In this document: piece by piece, positions 1 through 8,474 of the stretch
Layout of the letters: each line of letters opens with the position of its first letter
How positions within the stretch are numbered: the first letter of the stretch is position 1
Assembly (NCBI GenBank): GCA_030669205.1
Contig: DAOVEB010000002.1
Span: 1-24,000 of the forward strand
Reading direction: 5' to 3'
Origin: Candidatus Parvarchaeota archaeon
Lineage (GTDB): Archaea > Nanobdellota > Nanobdellia > JAFCGN01 > DAOVEB01
DNA: 24,000 bases
Translations under genes and position numbers: made by a program
The notes under the pieces: generated by a model
What the model was told of the DNA's origin: nothing
Databases searched by the model: none
Seen by the model: the letters and a program-made list of their open reading frames with translations, nothing else

Positions 1-531
1 GACGCCATCACAGTCATTGTCAACCCCGTCGCACACCTCATCCTGCGGCATGATGCCGCTGCATTCGCTCCAGATACCATTGGTGCAGATTTGCACTCCC
101 TGGCTGCATATGCCCGTGTTTGTGCTGCAGGTCTTGTTTATGTTGTCTATGACACCATCACCATCGTCGTCCAAGCCGTTGCATATCTCTGCTGTGGAGT
201 AAGGTGTGCATGACTGCCATTTGTAGGTTGTTCCGCTCCCTCCTGGGGCGACAAAGATGTAAACCCCTGAGGTGCAGCAGACTGTGTCTGTTGGGTCATA
301 GGGGCCTTCCACAACCTCATTTGAAACCCAGTTGCACGTAGTCATACCACTGGATGCCACAATCGGGTCGCAGTACCCTGAACACTTCCAGAATGCGCTG
401 GTCTGAGGTGGAGCCACAAGCCCGACAAAGAACCCTGTGACCCCGCTGAAGACGTCAAATAGTGGATTCGCGTGCGCAGCAGAAAACAGTAGTAAACATG
501 TCAAAGTGAAAGCTAAGGCCTTTGCACCCAT
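1..531 (-). CDS. Partial secreted protein, N-terminal 177 codons, runs off the left window edge
   Basis: Continuous open frame in the reverse complement from ATG at 531 to base 1: MGAKALAFTLTCLLLFSAAHANPLFDVFSGVTGFFVGL...CNGLDDDGDGVIDN...CDGVDNDCDGV. It has a Sec-like signal peptide and many cysteines. The supplied track misses it because it has no stop inside the window. Confidence 0.85.
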   Translation of the reverse strand, partial: MGAKALAFTLTCLLLFSAAHANPLFDVFSGVTGFFVGLVAPPQTSAFWKCSGYCDPIVASSGMTTCNWVSNEVVEGPYDPTDTVCCTSGVYIFVAPGGSGTTYKWQSCTPYSTAEICNGLDDDGDGVIDNINKTCSTNTGICSQGVQICTNGIWSECSGIMPQDEVCDGVDNDCDGV

Positions 532-557
532 ACAGTGAAGAATACAGTCTTCCAACT

Positions 558-568
558 ATAAAAATATG
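558..568 (-). promoter_or_regulatory. Putative archaeal TATA box for the partial secreted-protein gene
   Basis: Reverse complement ATATTTTTATA about 30 nt upstream of the ATG at 531, in the gap after the L11 stop. Confidence 0.4.
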
Positions 569-569
569 C

Positions 570-1250
570 CTACTCAGACGATTCCGGTTTTCCTTCTTCA
601 GTTGCTTCGGCCGGGGCTTCCTCAGCCGGGGCTTCCTCAACCTTCTCCTCAGCAGCCTCCTCGGCCTCTTCCTTGGCCTGCTCTGCGAGCTCCTCTGCTA
701 TCTCCTCTCTCGCCTCTTCCAGCTCTTCTGCGAGCTCTGCCTTCTTCTCAGCGCTGACCTCGATTTTCCCGGACTTTATTGTCTTGTCAAACTCGCCCGC
801 GTCAACCCTCTTCAGCAGCTCCTTCGGCTCATCACCCTCCACAAGAACCCCCATGGAAACGCAGGTGCCTATCACCTCTTTAACGGCTTTTTTCAGCTCG
901 TATGAGAGCATGCCACCCATCTTCATCTTCGCAACCTTTATCGCCTGCTCTATGGCCAGGTTCCCGACCTTCTCAATGTTCGGGTTCGAACTCCCTTTCT
1001 TCACGCCGAGCTCCTTGAGTACAAGCTGGGAAACGGGTGGCGAGCCCACCTCAACCCTGAACGTCTTCTTTGCCTGGTCAAAGACGACCTTCACCGGCAC
1101 AGACATGCCCGCGAACTCCGCTGTCTTCTTGTTTATCTCTGCAATGACCTCACCCATGTTCAGGCCAGTTGGTCCGAGCGCTGGTCCGAGTGGTGGGCCT
1201 GCGTTGGCCTTGCCCGCTTCGACTAATGTATCGACTGTCTGCTCCACCAT
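570..1250 (-). CDS. rpl11: Ribosomal protein L11 (uL11), archaeal, with acidic C-terminal extension
   Basis: Recognisable L11 sequence: [46 protein letters not shown]...[36 protein letters not shown] at 1250. Confidence 0.96.
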   Translation of the reverse strand: MVEQTVDTLVEAGKANAGPPLGPALGPTGLNMGEVIAEINKKTAEFAGMSVPVKVVFDQAKKTFRVEVGSPPVSQLVLKELGVKKGSSNPNIEKVGNLAIEQAIKVAKMKMGGMLSYELKKAVKEVIGTCVSMGVLVEGDEPKELLKRVDAGEFDKTIKSGKIEVSAEKKAELAEELEEAREEIAEELAEQAKEEAEEAAEEKVEEAPAEEAPAEATEEGKPESSE

Positions 1251-1289
1251 GGTAATTGACCCAGTTTTAGAACGATTAAAAAGGTTTCG

Positions 1290-1730
1290 CTACTCCTTGT
1301 CCCTGCGTATCACTCGCACAGCGTCTATCTTCAGAGTGAGTGGGATTGCAACAGCTGCTTCAAGGAGCTCAACAACGACCTCCTCCTTGATTTTGTTGAC
1401 CCGTATAACCTTGGCCTTCTCCACCTTGAAAGGCCCGGATATGAGTTCAACTATGTCATTTTTCTCTATGTTTATCTGAGTTGGCTTGGATTCAAGAAAG
1501 TGGGTGGTCTCATCTATGGAGACAGTCCCGTCAACAACACCCTTGACGTGCGGAACGCCATAAACGGCCTGCTGAACATCGCTCCGGTTCTCCGCTTCCA
1601 CAAAGACATAGCCCCGGACCTCTGCAGGCGACAGAACAGAGTAGATGCTGTCCTGCTTCTTTGCTATGGCTATGATTTTGTCAACTACCTGCTTCTCCCG
1701 TCCCGCTGTTGTCCTGAGTGCAAATATCAT
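1290..1730 (-). CDS. spt5: Transcription elongation factor Spt5 (archaeal NusG)
   Basis: [19 protein letters not shown]...VRGYVFVEAENRSDVQQAVYGVPHVKGVV plus a KOW-like C-terminus. The track starts at 1757, but the ATG at 1730 gives the canonical [10 protein letters not shown] start and overlaps the secE TGA by 1 nt. Confidence 0.93.
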   Translation of the reverse strand: MIFALRTTAGREKQVVDKIIAIAKKQDSIYSVLSPAEVRGYVFVEAENRSDVQQAVYGVPHVKGVVDGTVSIDETTHFLESKPTQINIEKNDIVELISGPFKVEKAKVIRVNKIKEEVVVELLEAAVAIPLTLKIDAVRVIRRDKE

Positions 1731-1912
1731 CAGATTCCACCAAACACGAGTTGCCACACTATCTGGACAAAGAAGCCTATGAAGCCCACAAGCAGCATTC
1801 CCAACCCTGCTATTTTAATGATGTGCTGAAACTCGTCCTTCGAAGGTTTCTTCGCAACCTTCAGTATCCTCTTATACTCTCTCAGAGTAGCCGAAATCTT
1901 CATAGCACACAC
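1730..1912 (-). CDS. secE: Preprotein translocase subunit SecE (Sec61 gamma)
   Basis: [51 protein letters not shown]: typical SecE length, KP.xxEF motif and single TM. It sits between ftsZ and spt5 as in many archaea. The start may be an internal Met at 1903. Confidence 0.93.
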   Translation of the reverse strand: MCAMKISATLREYKRILKVAKKPSKDEFQHIIKIAGLGMLLVGFIGFFVQIVWQLVFGGI

Positions 1913-1919
1913 TCCCTGT

Positions 1920-3053
1920 CTACTCCCTCAAGAACTTGATGCCAAGTTCCGACTCCATTTCCTTCTGCCGCTCCACAGACATCGTCTTGTCCCTGCCGAA
2001 TATCTGTGAGGATTGCACTCCTGTAACAACCAGCATTGCCCGTATGGTGTCGTGCATGTCAGAGGAGACCTGTGCGCCCCAGATTATCTTTGCCTCTGGG
2101 TCAAGCTTCGAGCTGACTGACTCAACTACTTCGCGAGCCTCTTCGAGTGTCATGCTTGGCCCTCCCACGACGTTTATCAGAGCTCCTTGTGCTCCTGATA
2201 TGTCAACGTCAAGCAGAGGGTTGTTTATTGCCTTTTCAACTGCCTCCACTGCCCTGTTCTCTGTGTCGCTCTCACCCACACCAATCATCGCTACGCCAGC
2301 CTGCTGCATAACAGCACGGATGTCTGCGAAGTCGAGGTTTATGAGTCCTGGCTTTGTAACCAGCTCTGCAATGCCCTTGACAGCGTTGGTGAGTATCTCG
2401 TCTGCCACTTTGAATGCTGTGTGAAGCGGAAGGTCGGGTGCTATCTCCAGAAGTTTGTCGTTCGGGATGACTATGAGTGTGTCCGCAACGTCTTCGAGCG
2501 CCTCGAGGCCTTCCATCGCATTCTCCATCCTTTGTCTGCCTTCAATGGAGAATGGTAAGGTCACGACACCGACTGTAAGAGCTCCTAGTTTCTTTGCTAT
2601 CTCGGCAACCACCGGTGCAGACCCTGTTCCTGTGCCGCCTCCTAAGCCACAGGTTATAAAGACCATGTCAGCGCCTGCGAGTGCCGCCTTTATGGTCTGC
2701 TCGGTCTCCTTGGCCGCTTCGCGTCCAACGGACGGGTCGGACCCTGCACCGAGTCCTCCGGTCAGCTCCCTACCAAGCAGTATCTTCTTGTCACCGACTG
2801 TGCAGAGCAGGTCCTGTGCGTCTGTGTTGAGTGCTATCAGTTCGGCACCGCGTATGCCGACCTCACTCATCCTTGTTATGGTATTGTTGCCAGCCCCGCC
2901 CACACCAACAACCTTGATTGCGGTCTTCTTGGAAGCCAGCAGCTCCTGCAACTGAGCGTCCACATCCTTTGTCCTGGATATCTCAGGTCGTGGTGCCTTG
3001 ACGCCTTCAAACTCTGGATTTTTTGCGGATTCAATCAATGATTCCATCTTCAT
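1920..3053 (-). CDS. ftsZ: Cell division GTPase FtsZ
   Basis: Tubulin signature [36 protein letters not shown], and [15 protein letters not shown]. The track uses TTG at 3056; the ATG at 3053 with upstream GAGG is more likely. Confidence 0.97.
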   Translation of the reverse strand: MKMESLIESAKNPEFEGVKAPRPEISRTKDVDAQLQELLASKKTAIKVVGVGGAGNNTITRMSEVGIRGAELIALNTDAQDLLCTVGDKKILLGRELTGGLGAGSDPSVGREAAKETEQTIKAALAGADMVFITCGLGGGTGTGSAPVVAEIAKKLGALTVGVVTLPFSIEGRQRMENAMEGLEALEDVADTLIVIPNDKLLEIAPDLPLHTAFKVADEILTNAVKGIAELVTKPGLINLDFADIRAVMQQAGVAMIGVGESDTENRAVEAVEKAINNPLLDVDISGAQGALINVVGGPSMTLEEAREVVESVSSKLDPEAKIIWGAQVSSDMHDTIRAMLVVTGVQSSQIFGRDKTMSVERQKEMESELGIKFLRE

Positions 3054-3077
3054 CAAGCCTCTAAACCAAATACATCT

Positions 3078-3719
3078 TTATTTACTTTTTTGTTGATTTA
3101 CTTTTTGTTGAAAGTTAACCATTTTTAAACCTATATGTTCCTCTATTGCAACCTTGAGAGCCCCCTGCACATGTTCTGGCACAGGTTTCTCCGCTGTCAC
3201 GACCAGCTTTTCCTTGGAGAGGCGGGTCCTGAATTCTTTCAGGCCGTATAACTCCAAAATCGACTCGACTTTCTCCTTCCTTTTGGTCACTTTCCTGTTT
3301 ATCCTAACCCAGTAGTGGAGGGTCTTGCCAGCCAGCGGATGGTTGAAGTCAACAATCACTCTTCCGCCTGATACGCTCCGGACCCTGCCCGGGAGTCCGT
3401 CGAAGTCAACCCTCATCCCCGGATATGGGGACAGGTCATGCTTCTTGAACTCGCGAAAGGGTATCAGCTTAACCAGTTTGCCGCTCCTCGGTCCGAACGC
3501 CTTGTCAGAAGGTATCTCGACCTCAAACTCGTCCCCTACCTTGTGTTTTTTTATCTCCTCTTCGAGTCCCCTCATCACATGGCCCGCCCCGATTATGATT
3601 ACAACTGGTTTCTCAACGCCATACCTCTTTGCAGCTTCGCCTGTTGTAAAGTCGAACGGCTCAGAGGTTTCCTTAACAGAACCTATATAATCTATTTCAA
3701 CGAACTCTTTCTCCTTCAT
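3078..3719 (-). CDS. FKBP-type peptidyl-prolyl cis-trans isomerase, long archaeal (SlyD-like) form
   Basis: FVEIDYIGSVKETSEPFDFTT...VVIIIGAGHVMRGLEEEIKKHKVGDEFEVEIPSDKAFGPRSGKLVKLIP...VIVDFNHPLAGKTLHYWVRI. Confidence 0.93.
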   Translation of the reverse strand: MKEKEFVEIDYIGSVKETSEPFDFTTGEAAKRYGVEKPVVIIIGAGHVMRGLEEEIKKHKVGDEFEVEIPSDKAFGPRSGKLVKLIPFREFKKHDLSPYPGMRVDFDGLPGRVRSVSGGRVIVDFNHPLAGKTLHYWVRINRKVTKRKEKVESILELYGLKEFRTRLSKEKLVVTAEKPVPEHVQGALKVAIEEHIGLKMVNFQQKVNQQKSK

Positions 3720-3755
3720 AAAAACACCAAAAAAATAAAAGTCAGGAAAGGGTCG

Positions 3756-4046
3756 CTACTTCTTCTTCGGACTTTCCTTTTCCAACGTAATAGTCATTGT
3801 TGAGACGTTCAGCTTGTCTCCTCTTTCCCCTTGGAGTTCCTCTGTTCCAGTTGTTATGTTGTCAATTTTCAAGTCACTCATGAACTTGTTCCTGACTATC
3901 TCAGCCACGTCAACGGCTCTCGAAATAGCCCTTCCCCTCGCCTTTATATATACCTTCTTGGCTCCGTTGTGGAACTGCGTTATCACAGCGAGTACATAGT
4001 TCATTGGTGGTTTGCTGCCAACAAATACGGTGTTATCATCTGCCAT
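3756..4046 (-). CDS. albA: DNA/RNA-binding protein Alba
   Basis: [51 protein letters not shown] is diagnostic of Alba. SD-like GAGGTG lies upstream of the ATG at 4046. Confidence 0.95.
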   Translation of the reverse strand: MADDNTVFVGSKPPMNYVLAVITQFHNGAKKVYIKARGRAISRAVDVAEIVRNKFMSDLKIDNITTGTEELQGERGDKLNVSTMTITLEKESPKKK

Positions 4047-4100
4047 AGTGTTTCACCTCGTTTTTGATTTTATGAACGCAAAAGACCTCGGTTTAAAAAA

Positions 4101-4286
4101 CTATCCATTTTCAACTGTTATGGCCTCCTCTGGGCACTGGACCTCGCAGGCCTTGCATCCGATGCACTCTCCCGGCTTCTTCACAACAACTTCCTTGTTG
4201 TCCTTGCCGAAGACATCCATCGGGCAGATGTTTATGCAGGTGCCGCAGTTCGTGCACTTCTTCTTGTCTATAACTGGTCTTGGCAT
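4101..4286 (-). CDS. Small 2x[4Fe-4S] ferredoxin
   Basis: MPRPVIDKKKCTNCGTCINICPMDVF...KKPGECIGCKACEVQCPEEAITVENG: two CxxCxxCxxxC(P) motifs. The track start at 4400 would overlap the upstream gene; the internal ATG at 4286 is the better start. Confidence 0.93.
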   Translation of the reverse strand: MPRPVIDKKKCTNCGTCINICPMDVFGKDNKEVVVKKPGECIGCKACEVQCPEEAITVENG

Positions 4287-4310
4287 AACAGGAATGGCGA
4301 GGTCTAAATG

Positions 4311-4320
4311 ATTTATAAGG
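4311..4320 (-). promoter_or_regulatory. Putative TATA box for the ferredoxin gene, near-leaderless transcript
   Basis: Reverse complement CCTTATAAAT, centred about 29 nt upstream of the ATG at 4286. Confidence 0.45.
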
Positions 4321-7300
4321 CTATTGTATGAAGTGTGGGCTTGTACATCTCTCGTCACAACACCCCGGGCATGGCCACTCTGTGCAGCACAGGCTCTCAC
4401 AGTAGCCGGTCAGTGTGTTGAGGTAGTAGTCTGCTGCGGGCTCACATATGCAAGTAGTCGGACAGTCTGCATATTCCAGGTACATGTGGGTCTGAAGCAC
4501 GTTGTCGAACACGCTGTCCCCTTCATCCGGGTCGTCTATATAGGAGATGCAGCCGATGTGCTGGGGTCTCCTGCAGAACCCGTGGTTTTCGAGGCCCGAC
4601 CCGATATAACACTCAAAGTCTGTTGAAGCTCCTGTCACGGCGTCTGTGCATGTGTAGGTTGGTGCTCCTGCATCAGCTTCGTCGCTGTATATTTTCACAC
4701 CGGTTGCAAAGCCCTTCATCCAGACGTCGACAACCTTGAACTTGAGCTTGTGGAACCCTTTTGGAAGGTAGCCAAGGTCCATCTTCACAGTGCGTCCGGT
4801 TGCCTCATCACTGACCTTTGCACAGTTCTCAGCAAAGTGCTCGCAGTAACAACCACTCTCGCTGCAGTAGTCCACCTTATCCTGCGTTACCAGAACGTCA
4901 TCAAGATAGAGGTCTGAGAGAAAGTCGTTGGCCTGGAGCTCGAGTGTGAAGTCATCGCCAGTTGGAACATAAATCAGATAGAGATGGTCCCATGGCTGTA
5001 TCTGTTGGTCTGTGCCCAGGTTTTCAACCCAGTCGGTCTCGTCTCCGATGGCCGCGGCTGTATCAGAAATCGGGTCAGCGTCGAGCTCGCTCGGGCTCTC
5101 CTTCAGGACCTCCAGTACATGTAGTTCCGAGCCGAGCATGCACTTTGTTGTTATCGTAAGACTCTCACCTGACAGTTCGTCAGCTATGCCCTGTAGGTGG
5201 AACTCGCCCGCGTGCGAACCGAGACCTTCGGAAACTGAAAAGGTGAGTTCAACATCGTTGTACCAGAACACTGGCGAGAGCACTGCAAAGGTTGTGCCGT
5301 CCATAGCAGGGTCTCCAAAACCTGCCTGTGCTATCTGTGCTTTGTCCCAGTAGTGGACTGCAGACTGGTCGCATCCCATAAAGTCAAAGTGTCTGAACTC
5401 CCCATAGCCGAAATCGCACCTGCTGTTAGTTCCCCTGTCCCAGAATATCTCGTAGTAGTACGGGACGCCTTCCTCAAAAGGCGCGCTCCAGAGGAACTCG
5501 GCGTCCATCTTTGGCCCTGTCTCGCAACCCACTCTCCAGTCGCCAGAGGCTGATTTGTTCCACACCTCGTCCACCATCCATGGTTCATCACAGGAGGGGA
5601 GGGCCTGGGGCGTAAAGGTGGCATAACCTTTCACAGCAACCTTCTCGAATGGATAGAGCTCCAGATAGCTCATGGACTGGTTGGGTATGGAGATGAAAAG
5701 GTCGTCGCACTGGTCAGACCATCCATCGCTGTCCTTGTCATCTGTGTACACGAGCAAGTTGGTCGAGTCGCATCCCCCTGCGAAGGGGTTGCATCCAGCA
5801 GCTGGTACGGCGCACGCGTTGCTCGGGCACGTGCAGCTACTCGCGAGGTCGCAGTCGTTCGGAATGTTATCAAACTCAAAGTAGACGCAGTATTCGTCTC
5901 CAAGCTGGCATCCCTCGCGCCAGGTCGTCCCACCTGTGCCCCAGCAGCCATCATGGTCGTCGCATGTTGTCGGGTCGCATCCGGTATCCGCGTCGCACCC
6001 TGCTCCGCATTCGCCATCAACACATCTTGTCTTATTGAACCGCTCATAGGTGTCTCCTGTGTCGTAACATCCACAGTCCACTCCCACGTTGCACTGGAAG
6101 TCCTTATAGACCCTGTAAACATCTGTCAAACCGTTGTTTCCAGAGTCGTTGCAGTAGTGATTGTCAGGCGACGGTGAATCATCACACTCACCGTCTTCAC
6201 CAGCATTCTGGTCCTCTATGCTTGGGACTGTGCAGCCGCTACCACACTTATCTACAACACAAGCATAGTCTGTACAGGCACCACGCTCCATACACACCCC
6301 TGTACCATACGCAGCGTAGTACTGATTTGGAGTGTATATATTTGTGCCTGTGTTGATTGTCCAAGTAGTCCAGGGCCCGCCTGTGGTGCAGTTGGTGCAC
6401 CAGTCGCAGCCGTCAAAGCCAGCATCCGTCTTCTTGGTTGATAAAATCGAACAGTTGGCTGACGTATCAGCCGCGCTGCAAGGGCAGTCAGGGTCGTTCA
6501 AATCGGTGTCGCCGTCGCAGTCGTTGTCGATTCCGTCATCGCAGGTTGCCTCCACTGCCTCATAGTCAGGGTCACCAGAATATGTGAGTTTAATCTCGCT
6601 ATCACAGATGTCACAGGAACCATAGTAACCGTCACCATCATCATCTGACTCCAACCACTCCCTATCGCAGGCAGGTGGCGTGCAAGCAGGGTTGCATTCG
6701 CTCGCGGTGCAACCATTGTCACAGGTCGTGTCTGTGCCCGTGTCGCAGCGCAGCCTCTCTCCACCATTGTATGCCTCGCACTGGCAGTTCTCCCCTGCTG
6801 TGCATGTGCGTGCGGTTGTTCCGCAGTTTGTCCAGCCCTGGTCATAGTCGCCGCAGCAACTGGCTTCGCAGTAGTGGTCTCCAGCAGCCTCTATACATCC
6901 TTTACTGCAACTGTCAGCTGTATAGTCCTTGAAGCGGTTATTTGCATTGTCGCAGACATCGGTGCAGGTTTGGGTGCCGCATGAGGTAAGTGTCCCAGTT
7001 GGACATGGGTTGCTTTCGCATGTGCAAGAATCGGTACAATCGTTGACCACATTGTTCCTGTAGTATATATTGTAACTGCCGCTGCAATAGTCATGGCAAA
7101 CGGTGTCTGAACAGTGGCTGTTGAGCGAGCACTCTGCCCCGCAAGAACCTACCACACAATGACAGTTTGATGTCCAACCAGTATCCGTACAGGAAGGAGT
7201 ACAACGTTTGTGTCCACTGCAGGCTACGGCAGGTTTATCTGTGTCACAGGTCGAGAAATGACATAGTTCTCCAGACGGGCAGGAAGGAATTCCTGTGCAA

Positions 7301-7569
7301 CAGTACTGTCCGTTGTTGCAGATAGCAGGGCCGACCAGAGGACAGCCCCAATTTACGCAGAGGGATGTGCCAGAACAACTTAACTCACAAGTGTCACAGG
7401 AGGATGCAGCGGATGGACAATAATTACAGCTGCCACTTCCTCCACCTCCACCACCTCCGCCGCCCGTATTTGGGCCGGTCTCAGCCCCCATCCCTGTCTC
7501 GAACAAGAGAGGAAACAGTAATATGAAAGTAAGTAGGGCTGTTGCAACCAACACTATGTATCTTCTCAT
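4321..7569 (-). CDS. Large secreted Cys-rich surface protein (1082 aa) with poly-Gly linker and DNDCDG metal-binding-like motif
   Basis: Signal-peptide-like N-terminus [26 protein letters not shown], nine consecutive Gly, then dense Cys modules and [14 protein letters not shown]. Its ATG overlaps the upstream stop by 4 nt (ATGA, 7566-7569). Confidence 0.88.
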   Translation of the reverse strand: MRRYIVLVATALLTFILLFPLLFETGMGAETGPNTGGGGGGGGGSGSCNYCPSAASSCDTCELSCSGTSLCVNWGCPLVGPAICNNGQYCCTGIPSCPSGELCHFSTCDTDKPAVACSGHKRCTPSCTDTGWTSNCHCVVGSCGAECSLNSHCSDTVCHDYCSGSYNIYYRNNVVNDCTDSCTCESNPCPTGTLTSCGTQTCTDVCDNANNRFKDYTADSCSKGCIEAAGDHYCEASCCGDYDQGWTNCGTTARTCTAGENCQCEAYNGGERLRCDTGTDTTCDNGCTASECNPACTPPACDREWLESDDDGDGYYGSCDICDSEIKLTYSGDPDYEAVEATCDDGIDNDCDGDTDLNDPDCPCSAADTSANCSILSTKKTDAGFDGCDWCTNCTTGGPWTTWTINTGTNIYTPNQYYAAYGTGVCMERGACTDYACVVDKCGSGCTVPSIEDQNAGEDGECDDSPSPDNHYCNDSGNNGLTDVYRVYKDFQCNVGVDCGCYDTGDTYERFNKTRCVDGECGAGCDADTGCDPTTCDDHDGCWGTGGTTWREGCQLGDEYCVYFEFDNIPNDCDLASSCTCPSNACAVPAAGCNPFAGGCDSTNLLVYTDDKDSDGWSDQCDDLFISIPNQSMSYLELYPFEKVAVKGYATFTPQALPSCDEPWMVDEVWNKSASGDWRVGCETGPKMDAEFLWSAPFEEGVPYYYEIFWDRGTNSRCDFGYGEFRHFDFMGCDQSAVHYWDKAQIAQAGFGDPAMDGTTFAVLSPVFWYNDVELTFSVSEGLGSHAGEFHLQGIADELSGESLTITTKCMLGSELHVLEVLKESPSELDADPISDTAAAIGDETDWVENLGTDQQIQPWDHLYLIYVPTGDDFTLELQANDFLSDLYLDDVLVTQDKVDYCSESGCYCEHFAENCAKVSDEATGRTVKMDLGYLPKGFHKLKFKVVDVWMKGFATGVKIYSDEADAGAPTYTCTDAVTGASTDFECYIGSGLENHGFCRRPQHIGCISYIDDPDEGDSVFDNVLQTHMYLEYADCPTTCICEPAADYYLNTLTGYCESLCCTEWPCPGCCDERCTSPHFIQ
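6511..6543 (-). other. DNDCDG motif (putative metal-binding motif, MopE-like) within the 1082-aa protein
   Basis: Encoded [11 protein letters not shown] (residues 343-353). The same pattern, CDGVDNDCDG, is encoded at 1-33 in the partial left-edge gene. Confidence 0.7.
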
Positions 7570-8474
7570 CCGTACATCAACTCACATTGAGATACAAATT
7601 CCCCATTACGAAAGATTGTCTGGTTGAAGATAAAAAACGTGTCTGTGATGCACTGATATATCTCCAAGGTCATGTCACCGAGTCCTCCACTCCGGTTTAC
7701 GGTTTCCACAGTATAATAGCATCTGACACCATCAAACTCCGCCTCGCCGAGCACTTCCCTTGAAAAACTTTGGTCCCAGTCAACTGAGTAAGTTCCGTTG
7801 CTCACGTGCAACACACCCTCGTAGTCCCATTTCTTGCCAACGTTAAATGGCGTATCATAAGAGAGTAACGGTGGGTCATACATATAGTTGTATTGGTAGT
7901 CTTCAAAGGAATAGACATAAAGGTCACCGTCAACAACGGAGATGTTGAAGTTCTCATAGTTTGTATGTCCTGTTCCTGAGTTTTGGAAGACATAGTGGCC
8001 ATCAACGCGCTCCATATTCACGCTTTCGGTCTTGTTCAAACCCTTGCTGTCCATACACATGTACCACCATGTATGGGTGACGTCCTTCCACATATCGGCC
8101 TGTATGACCTCGTACAGGGGTATACTCCAAGTGTCGTTTGGCACCGAGCCAAACTCGACTTCCAGACCGTCTTTGAATCCATCCCCATCTGTGTCATTTG
8201 AAAGAGGGTCCGTGCCGTAGGTTATCTCTATCCCATCAACTATTCCATCGTTGTCCGTGTCCTGTGCAAGTGGGTCTGTTCCCAGAGAGAGTTCATCCAA
8301 ATCTGTGAGCCCGTCTCCGTCTGTGTCGGATAACAACATGGTTGTTCCGAGGATTATCTCCTGGTAGTTCGGGATTCCGTCACCATCCAAATCCAGCGCA
8401 GAGAAAACGGCTACCGCTACAAAAATTACCAGTACAGCGAAAAGTGCGACCTTTTTCATGTCATAGTCCACCAT
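7566..8474 (-). CDS. Membrane-anchored or secreted protein (302 aa) with thrombospondin type 3-like Ca-binding repeats
   Basis: Hydrophobic N-terminal segment [21 protein letters not shown], followed immediately by [53 protein letters not shown]. The start may be the ATG at 8474 or at 8459. Confidence 0.88.
   Translation of the reverse strand: MVDYDMKKVALFAVLVIFVAVAVFSALDLDGDGIPNYQEIILGTTMLLSDTDGDGLTDLDELSLGTDPLAQDTDNDGIVDGIEITYGTDPLSNDTDGDGFKDGLEVEFGSVPNDTWSIPLYEVIQADMWKDVTHTWWYMCMDSKGLNKTESVNMERVDGHYVFQNSGTGHTNYENFNISVVDGDLYVYSFEDYQYNYMYDPPLLSYDTPFNVGKKWDYEGVLHVSNGTYSVDWDQSFSREVLGEAEFDGVRCYYTVETVNRSGGLGDMTLEIYQCITDTFFIFNQTIFRNGEFVSQCELMYG
8151..8393 (-). repeat. Tandem DxDGDGxxDxxE calcium-binding repeats (about 4 copies)
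   Basis: Direct reading of residues 28-108 of the 302-aa ORF. Confidence 0.8.

Noticed and set aside
541-557. Short inverted repeat gaaga..tcttc before the left-edge gene
   Set aside because: Only 5 bp of stem in an AT-rich gap; expected by chance.
455-640. 61-aa minus-strand [16 protein letters not shown]...
   Set aside because: Out-of-frame reading across the L11 end and the start of the real secreted-protein gene (ATG at 531).
673-1479. 268-aa plus-strand ORF opposite L11/Spt5
   Set aside because: Antisense shadow of confidently identified rpl11 and spt5; Ser/Thr-rich low-complexity translation typical of reverse-strand readings.
1936-2955. Plus-strand ORFs of 162 and 166 aa
   Set aside because: Antisense to ftsZ, Ser-rich shadow ORFs.
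4287-4400. N-terminal extension of the ferredoxin to 4400
   Set aside because: Would overlap the 1082-aa gene; the extension has no ferredoxin similarity and the TATA box lies between 4400 and the ATG at 4286.
5331-7094. Minus-strand ORFs 5331-5624, 5670-6122, 6498-6845 and 6891-7094
   Set aside because: Alternative frame fully inside the 1082-aa ORF; the main frame has a signal peptide and coherent Cys modules.
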